DNA of 63,332 nt, filler included, from Octopus bimaculoides (lineage: Eukaryota): NCBI RefSeq assembly GCF_001194135.2. It is 6 parts of 5 records of this genome, joined end to end, with 100 filler letters (N's around TTAATTAATTAA, not from the genome) between each part and the next. Parts side by side here need not be neighbours in the genome. Positions count along the whole stretch, not along the records: positions 45,373 to 61,082 come from NC_068987.1; positions 61,183 to 63,332 come from NC_069008.1; 4 more parts are not named here. One strand, 5' to 3'. Made by a program: the position numbers and the translations under genes. Each line of letters opens with the position of its first letter. The stretch's first letter is position 1. Below the pieces are notes generated by a model. The model searched no databases and was not told where the DNA came from. It saw only the letters and a list, made by a program, of their open reading frames with translations. Shown here piece after piece: positions 54,705 to 63,332 of the stretch.

Positions 54705-55328
54705 GTGTGTGTGTGTGAAAGAGGGAGAGAGAGATGGTGCAGCGTGCTTGTATGTATTAATACACTCTTTTTCTATTTTATTCTTTACATTTCACCGTTA
54801 ACTAAGGATTCTGTCACCAATTAAGCAACATGTGTATATACGTAACAAGGGCTATTGTTAGAAAAGTAAACTATTTTCTTCATAGAAAAGAAAAGAAAGA
54901 TAAAACGCCACAACAAAAAATGCTGACGATTACATTCTCTTCTCCAACCAAACTCTCTTTTTCCCTTGCAAAGTTAAAATTTGGAAGACATTCAAAATAT
55001 CTCTTGACAAGCTGAGAATAACGTTAGAAACTCAAACAAATAGATACTAAAAACATGATCAAGAAATGTGTGAAGGAACTTGACAACGTAGAATTGTGCC
55101 AATATAAAATAGCGAAATGGTTGAAACGAGAGAAGTTGCGAAATCTAAATGAAATATCACTGATGTTTTCAGACACGTTCCACTTTGTTCAGTGTGAAAT
55201 ATTTATCGGGATTTCATAAAAAAAAATAAATCAGTTTCTTCAATTTACATATGTGAGTGAGGTGCGTATGTGTTTATGTATATGTATATATATGTGAGTG
55301 TATACATATATACATATATATGCAAGTT

Positions 55329-55360
<32 letters not shown>

Positions 55361-56750
55361 GTCGTCAGTATTTTTTAGTATTTTTTAAAGTCTCTCACTT
55401 TCTCTTCTGCATCCTTTCATATTCTCCCTCTTTCTTTCCCCCTGTCTCTCACTCATTCTCTCTTTCCCCTCTTTCGCTTCTTTCATCATTTTTTTGCCCT
55501 CTTTTTCCTACATTATCATATTTTTTCTCCCACTCATTCTTTTCCTTCCTAATCACTCTGCTACTCTCCATTTTCTTTTCCTTTTAATTACACCATTGTT
55601 CCCACCAAGGGGTTGATGGCACAAACTGTAAAATATAGGACAACACGGTTAACTGTAATCAGTTACGTCCCTTTACGATCCAAGTTTCAATTCCAACGTG
55701 CTCTATTTTAACTTTCATTATTTCGGGTCGACAAAATCAAATCCTGGAGTCGATTTTATTGATTATTCTCTCCCACAAGATTGTGTTCTTGTGCCAAAAT
55801 CTGGAATCGATATCTTTGTTCTCTTTCACTCAGTCTTATATTTATATTTTTCGTTTCACTGCTTCACTCCTTTCCTGTTATATCTTTTCTCTCTCACTTA
55901 TTTTCGATTTACTACAACTCTCTCTCTCTTTCTCTGTTTAGTTTCTTTGTCTCATTCACTCTCTATTTAGTTTCTCCTCTCTCTCCTTTTTACCTTCTTT
56001 GTCTATCTCAGTTTCATATATATTTATTCTCTTTATGCGACATTCTGAATTTATTTCATTTTAATTATCTCTCTGTCTGCTCTTTTTCTCTCCCCCTCTC
56101 TTTCTTCCCTCTCTCTCTTTCTTTCACTGTTACTTCTATCTCTCTTATTGTCTTTCATTAAATCAACCCTGCCATTTTATTGTCATCGCTGGGTCAAGAC
56201 TTTCCCATCATCTTTCACCAATTTGGGTTGTTCCATCTCTAACTTCATAAATAGCGTCCGTTCTTCTTGAAGACTTGAATACTTGGTGCTAATTGACTCG
56301 GGTGACCAGTAGCTGTTGTAACATAGTTCCCTGATGCTGGTGAGTGCGGTTGTGTCTTGGTTTAGTTTCTCTGATCCAAGAAGTATGATCTTGAAAGTTT
56401 TATTGTATTCAAAAATAATTGGAGAAGTTTTGATTTCTCTGATACAAAGTCCATTAAAATCGACCCCAGTACTTGACAATTATATATTTCACTGATTACA
56501 GAATAATGAAAAACAAGTTTGATCTCGGGTGAATTTGATCTTACAGACAATAACGGTACCCCTCAGGAATTATAGAGCTCTCATTTAAAGTTGTTTTTTT
56601 TTCTTTAAACAATATTTTCTTACAGTTTAGAAGCCTGATATAAAATTTGTCGGATGTCACGCCAAAAGATTTGATATTTTAAAGAAATATAATCTAGAGA
56701 GTTTATCATCTACTATTTGATCCACGCCCAAGTTACCGCATCAATATGTA

Positions 56751-56936
56751 TATATAATCTTTTCTACTCTAGGCACAAGGCCCGAAATTCTGGGAGTGGG
56801 GACCAGACGATTATATCGACTCCAGTACGCAACTGGTACTTAATTTATCCACCAGTTGCGTACTGGCATCGATCTAATCAACTGGCCCCCTCCCCCAAAA
56901 TTTCGGGCCTTGTGCCTAAAGTAGAAAAGATTATAT
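56751..56936. repeat. SINE-tail fold-back palindrome
   Basis: Arms of about 85 nt, TATATAATCTTTTCTACTCTAGGCACAAGGCCCGAAATT...CAGTACGCAACTGG and CCAGTTGCGTACTG...AATTTCGGGCCTTGTGCCTAAAGTAGAAAAGATTATATA, around a loop of about 15 nt. Confidence 0.88.
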
Positions 56937-58509
56937 ACATATATAATATGCTACATGTCTTTTGTGTGCGCGTGCATGTATACTTTTATTGTAACACTTT
57001 AGCGTTTTAAGCTGTTGAATTTGTTCTGGTTTACTTATGAGCTGGAGTCGTTCGGTTTATTTTTTGTATTTGTTTCATAATGCTTAATGAAATAGTTTAG
57101 TTTTCTCAATTATTCAACAGTTCAACAGTGTTTATACTCACTTTCTATAACAGCATCTCTACTCAGTGGTTCAAATTGTCTTTTCTGTTTGAAAGTTCGT
57201 TCACCTTTCTTATCTTATCTTACATATAACAAAATGCAATGTATCGGTCACCCTGGCAGATACAAAACAACAAACCGTGTGTGAATGAGTAGAAAAAAGA
57301 GGGAGGGAGAAAAGGGGAGAACATAAATGAAACTAAATTTTTATCATTGATTATATTTATTTTATCATTATCACACACACACACAGACACACACACAGAC
57401 GGGAGCGCCCTCACACGTACGCACAAATATCTATGAAATTAGATATGAAACTCTCTTGTTTCAAGGCATTATCACTCATGTAACATTAAAATAAAACGTA
57501 AAATAAAATACAAAATATACATTATATATATATATATATATATNNNNNNNNNNNNNNNNNNNNNNNNNNNNNNNNNNNNNNNNNNNNNNNNNNNNNNNNN
57601 NNNNNNNNNNNNNNNNNNNNNNNNNNNNNNNNNNNNNNNNNNNNNNNNNNNNNNNNNNNNNNNNNNNNNNNNNNNNNNNNNNNNNNNNNNNNNNNNNNNN
57701 NNNNNNNNNNNNNNNNNNNNNNNNNNNNNNNNNNNNNNNNNNNNNNNNNNNNNNNNNNNNNNNNNNNNNNNNNNNNNNNNNNNNNNNNNNNNNNNNNNNN
57801 NNNNNNNNNNNNNNNNNNNNNNNNNNNNNNNNNNNNNNNNNNNNNNNNNNNNNNNNNNNNNNNNNNNNNNNNNNNNNNNNNNNNNNNNNNNNNNNNNNNN
57901 NNNNNNNNNNNNNNNNNNNNNNNNNNNNNNNNNNNNNNNNNNNNNNNNNNNNNNNNNNNNNNNNNNNNNNNNNNNNNNNNNNNNNNNNNNNNNNNNNNNN
58001 NNNNNNNNNNNNNNNNNNNNNNNNNNNNNNNNNNNNNNNNNNNNNNNNNNNNNNNNNNNNNNNNNNNNNNNNNNNNNNNNNNNNNNNNNNNNNNNNNNNN
58101 NNNNNNNNNNNNNNNNNNNNNNNNNNNNNNNNNNNNNNNNNNNNNNNNNNNNNNNNNNNNNNNNNNNNNNNNNNNNNNNNNNNNNNNNNNNNNNNNNNNN
58201 NNNNNNNNNNNNNNNNNNNNNNNNNNNNNNNNNNNNNNNNNNNNNNNNNNNNNNNNNNNNNNNNNNNNNNNNNNNNNNNNNNNNNNNNNNNNNNNNNNNN
58301 NNNNNNNNNNNNNNNNNNNNNNNNNNNNNNNNNNNNNNNNNNNNNNNNNNNNNNNNNNNNNNNNNNNNNNNNNNNNNNNATATATATATATATATATATA
58401 CATATATATGTATGCATGTAACTATGTTCTTATGTCTTACATTTTGTATAATTTGCCCTTATTTGTACGATTATTATTTATTCTCCATTACACGTTTTTC
58501 ATTTCCTAA

Positions 58510-59650
58510 TAGGAGTTACAAATTAGTAGATATGGTAGAAAAGATATAAGACATCTGCCAGTGGAAATTCTTCAAACAGATAATAACATAATTCTATTAC
58601 TTAATTCTTTATCTGAAAATTTTTTAATAGATAGGCTTACAGATCACAGTAGATACTAACATAAAAAAGTAGATTTCTTAGATGTAAATTTAGACTTGAG
58701 TTCAGATATATTTAAACCTTACCGTAAACCAAATGATAAACTATCCTATATTAGCACAGAATCCAACCATCCGCCTGTTATTCTTAGAAACTTAGTTAGT
58801 AACGTAGGTAGGCGAATATCGTCAATTTCTGCGGCCGAAGCAACGTTTCGTAACGCAGCACCTTATTATAATAGTGCTTTAAGGAATAGTGGATTCTCTG
58901 AGAGGATTCAGTACACCCAGTCTAATGCTAGCAGCAGCGCAGCACGTAGGACTAGGACTAGGAAAGTTTTGTGGTTCAACCCAGCTTTCAATATGGCCGT
59001 AAGAACTAATATAGGTAAGGAATTTTTTAAAATTGGTCTCTAGGCACTTTCAACCTGATCATAAGTTTTACAGAATATTCAATAGAAGAACGCTTAAGAT
59101 CAACTATTCTTGCTGCAAAAACTTCGCCTCTTTGATCGGCCAGCACAACAATAAGATAATTGCCAAAAATCATAATGCCGACTCACTTACAAATAGCTGC
59201 AATTGCAAAGATCGAACCTCCTGTCCGTTGGAAGGGAGATGTCTAGAAAAGGGTATCGTGTATAGAGCCAAAGTCCAGATAGAAGGCTCGCACGATTATA
59301 GAACTTATACAGGGGCTACGGAAAATTAATTTAAAACCAGGCTTTATTCGCACAAAAATTCTTTTAGATACCCCGAAAATAGGACAAAGACTAGCCTGGC
59401 AAAATACGTCTGGCAATTAAAGGAAAACGAAGCCCAACCTTTCAACGTGACATGGAGGATTTTAGATAGAGCATCGCCTTACAGGCACGGTGCCCATAAA
59501 AGACCAATGAAATGCGAATTGTGTTTGTTGGAAAAGCTGCATATCTTATTCCAAGATAAGAAAGCTCTGAACCAAAGACGCGAACTTTTAAATTCATGTA
59601 GACATGCGTCCAAATTTAAAATGTCGGCAAGTAACATACCGTATGGGTAG
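58510..59650 (+). mobile_element. Penelope-like element, 3' half (RT thumb plus C-terminal GIY-YIG endonuclease)
   Basis: VDFLDVNLDLSSDIFKPYRKPN, SNHPP, WFNPAF, CNCKDRTSCPLEGRC, GIVYRA...YTGATEN-stop-FKTRLYSHKNSF, KYVWQLK and CELCLLEK...LNQRREL. One frameshift near 59035 and one in-frame stop at 59327-59329. Confidence 0.9.
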
Positions 59651-61481
59651 TATATATATATTTTTGACAATGTTTGACTCCTCGTAACCGTTGTGTAATC
59701 TTACTATTGGATTGGTACCGCATTATAAATGATTTATTTAGCGTTGTAAGAATTTTGTATAGACCCCTACGTCATTTTAAGAAAACCTTCGACTGTTATA
59801 TGCATAGTTTTTTTCTTTTTCCTTGTTTTACTTTATTCTATTCTATTTGTATTTATTTTAAAATACTTTGTAAACAAATTTAACCGCTTTTATGGATGGT
59901 TCGATATATGGAATTCTATTATGCATATGTTTTCGCCCGATTTTAACTTTTATACACCCAACAATTTCTTAAAAAGTTGTCTGCATATATACGCTGAGAC
60001 CTAAAAGTTTTTATGTGGATGTCTGTATTGTAACAATGCTTACGTATTCGTATGTGTGCGTCTATGCTTACGTATAGAGCCTAGGTTTACACTTGTGCAT
60101 ATAGTTATGATTTCGTGTGTGCGCGTTTTTGTGTATGCATGGGTACGAGTGCATGCTTATATTTATTTACATATACATGCATTTATTCGCGTGTGTGCAT
60201 CTATGTTATATATAGGAATGTGCGCTCAGGTTCACGCTCACACATACTTGAATGTGTGCATACGCATGTATACGGTTTTGTTTGTGAGTATTTACGGACA
60301 TATCCCCATATATATCTTTATACGTGATGCTAATATACATTTTTGTATACACATATATACGCAGTCTAATTTTGTGTAAGTTTGCTATATACGCTATAAA
60401 TACCTTCTTGCTCATTTTCTTTCTCTATTTCTTTCTTCCCTTCCCCCTTTCTCTCTTTTCTTCCTTTCTGTCTTTCTTTCTTTCTTCCTTTCCTTCCTCA
60501 CGATAGCCACACTTTCTCTCTTTCTATATTAGTAACGTTCTTATCGATATGTTACCCTTCCTCCTCTACTTCATAGGTGAACATACAATTTTTGTTACCA
60601 GCTCGTAAGTTTCTTCGTGCACGAGCTTAACTGCGTGTGTATGTGTATGTGTATACATATGTATTCATGCATATATTTGTGTCTTGCAAATATATACCTA
60701 TATACGTAGATTATCTGTACGTATACATCTGTGTATTTTGATGTATATATATATAGATATGTTGTGGATAGTCTAGTATGCGTATATACTATTGTAATTT
60801 TATTTTATTTTGAATGCTGCGTGTATTTTATTTTATTTGATTTTAATGTGTTAATTCGAATATGATTAATTATTTACAATATGTATTTTGAGCCCATTTT
60901 TCTATTTAAGGTTTTCTTCGATTTTTTTTTTTAAATAGGATGAATCTATATTAAATTCATTTGTGTTGTTCATTGCGCATCCATGACCGTTATTTGAAAC
61001 GACCAATCAAACAGATCTATGTGTTTCAAATTTTATATTACTTTTGATTGCATTGTCATTCCTTTCCCATTTCTAACAAAACNNNNNNNNNNNNNNNNNN
61101 NNNNNNNNNNNNNNNNNNNNNNNNNNTTAATTAATTAANNNNNNNNNNNNNNNNNNNNNNNNNNNNNNNNNNNNNNNNNNNNAGTTCTTTTCCCTAATAC
61201 TATATATATATATATATAACAGCGTCGAAGGTGTTTATAAGCCATTTAAAACACACAAAAACCATTAGATTCACTTCAACATTTAAATTTAATTTGCCAA
61301 AAACTTTCGTCGCTCTGAGACTGCGACCTATTCACTGACAAAATTCCGTGCTGCATCTGAGAAAGTAACAGTTAGCTTATGGTATATATGTACGTATGTA
61401 TGTGTGTGTATATGTACGTATGTGTGTATGTATGTATGTGTGTATGTAGGTATGTACGTATGTATGTACGTAAGTATTTAG

Positions 61482-61515
<34 letters not shown>

Positions 61516-61637
61516 ATGTGTATGTACATGTGAACGTATGTTTCAGCACTGATATGCGTCTGTTCAAGTTGTATACATGACTGTTACCTTGTTGAAGGTT
61601 GTATACACACACACACACACATACATATATACATATA

Positions 61638-62250
61638 CTAGTAGTATAACCCGACCTTGTCCGGGTGTGACTTATTACGCCATCTACGATAAGTCTTGCT
61701 AGCTGAAAATCAACTAAAAAAGAAAGCCTTACAACGAAAAAACCCTTATGATGTAAATATGTTCATAATTCAAAAGACGAAATTAATAGGGAAAGTCTGA
61801 AGGCTGTTTTGTGTAACATTATTAAGTGTACGTAAATTTCATCCGTGTAATTGGCTATAGAAATGCTTGTGCAAAACAACTTTTTGCGCTGCCCTGATTA
61901 TACATAGCAGGGTAATCCCTTTTCGCAGGAGCTAGGACGGCAATTTGTGATGAAGCAATTGCTGGCGATCTGTTGCTACACAGTTTTGCCAGAATTCTAT
62001 CAGATTGGGCAGAAGATGTTGATGCACCATTTTGCATTATGTTCAAAGTAGCTTCTGGAATGTGGTGAATTGCTGCAGTCTGTTGCTGTCTTTTTAAACC
62101 GGTTGCTTTCTTTCCCCAGCAAACTCTCTTCTTTGGAGGCATAATCTATTTATATATTAAACAGAACAACAAAAGTTATAATAGATGGCAGGGTCGGTAC
62201 TTTTCACATATCTGTAATTTTTCAGATTAACACCCGCACGAACAGTGGAT
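61638..62250 (-). mobile_element. Non-autonomous Helitron-like element
   Basis: On minus the 3' end is ACCCGGACAAGGTCGGGT hairpin, TATACTA, then CTAG followed by T (61638-61666). Contains a 95-aa ORF starting MPPKKRVCWGKK. The 5' boundary is uncertain. Confidence 0.6.
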
Positions 62251-63332
62251 TGCATTTAACCCTAGGTCTGATTGGTTAGGATCAACCTGAGGATAAACAG
62301 CAACAGCAGTCAACTTGAGGCTTTTACTTGGCAATTTGTTGATTCAGTTTCAACTCTGCTACAAACTCTCAGAAGAAGAAGGATGACAGGAACTTTGAAG
62401 GTTGGTAGGCTGAAACACACACATACACAAAGTGATAACTCTCTGGAAAAGGAGCATTCAGTACTATAAACCCTGAATTTGCTGCTCCCAATACAGGCTT
62501 CTACAGCAAACCCTATGAGCTCCTGGTGTGAACTGTTCTCGAGGCCCCTCAAGCATACTCTTATCAGGATGGTAGAATGTGATTTGGGATGGATTTGGCA
62601 GCTATTTCTTGCTGTTTGTGTGATTGCATTAAAGCTTTTTAGTTGAGAGGGAGTCAGTCATTGACTCAAGGGAGAAATGTACTAAGTCGTAGTGTCATAG
62701 TAATATGCAGAGGCATATAATTGTATTGTGAAGGCACATGGCTCATGGGTTAGAACATCGGGTTCACAATCATGAGGTAGTGAATTCAATTCCTGGACCT
62801 ATCTATGTATTTTATTCTTGAGCAAGACACTTTATTTCATGTTGCTCCAGTTCACTCAGCTGTAGGAAAGAGTTGCAACATCATTGGTGCCAAGCTGTAT
62901 CAGCATTTGCCTTTCCCTTGGATAACACTGGTGGCATGGTGAGGGGAGACTGGTATGCAGAGGTGACTGCTGGTCTTCAATAAACAGTCTTGCCCAGACT
63001 TGTGCCTCGGAGGGGAACATTTTAAGTGCAATCCCATGGTTATTCATGACCAAAGGGGTCTATCATTGCATTTAATGGAAAAGATTCTGCTGAAAAACTC
63101 ATTATCAACAGCTTATACAACACAATATAGGTTACTGCAGTTACAGTTTTCTCCAAAACACAGCACATCTAACCTCACAGCTTTGTTACTGCCACCAGTA
63201 TGAAATATACTGTTTTACAAAAACCAGAACATTCATGGGCTATAATAGAAGACACTTTCCCAAGGTGCCACGCAGTGGGACTGAACCCAGAGCCATGTGG
63301 TTGGTAAGCAAGCTACTTACCACACAGCCACT

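Noticed and set aside
55380-56160. Hydrophobic F/L/S-rich ORFs suggesting membrane proteins
   Set aside because: They arise from a CT-rich low-complexity tract and have no family motifs.

Overview
AT-rich, microsatellite-dense animal genomic DNA. Its repeat content (tRNA-headed SINEs, RTE tails ending in (GAT)n, Penelope-like, R4/Dong-like, mariner, piggyBac and Helitron remnants) looks like an octopus/coleoid cephalopod genome; that attribution is inference. Five 100-bp artificial linkers (44 N + TTAATTAATTAA + 44 N) split the window into six joined pieces, so adjacency across them is not guaranteed and each host gene appears only as a fragment. Host-gene fragments: (1) three in-phase + strand exons of an EVA-1/EVA1C-like SUEL-lectin gene (7943-8160, 10590-10719, 12989-13138); (2) a - strand terminal coding exon with N/Q/H homopolymers (20697-21207) whose splice phase and C-terminus (SMLSDYQSL) suggest Six1/2 (sine oculis), although the Six/homeodomain exon is not visible; (3) three - strand exons of an SLC22-like MFS transporter (44734-45062, 42097-42327, 39410-39612), with exon 1 apparently damaged. 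Nearly all other ORFs in the supplied track are microsatellite or N-gap artefacts, or decayed transposon fragments. I cannot establish a new biological system from sequence alone. The best leads are degenerate minimal hammerhead-ribozyme-like motifs (one with a long inserted stem II at about 9125-9232), several long intronic or SINE-derived fold-back structures that could be dsRNA/ADAR substrates, lectin-motif substitutions in the EVA-1-like protein, and a Tx1/L1-like ORF1 preceded by an acidic ORF and a microsatellite-containing tandem array.
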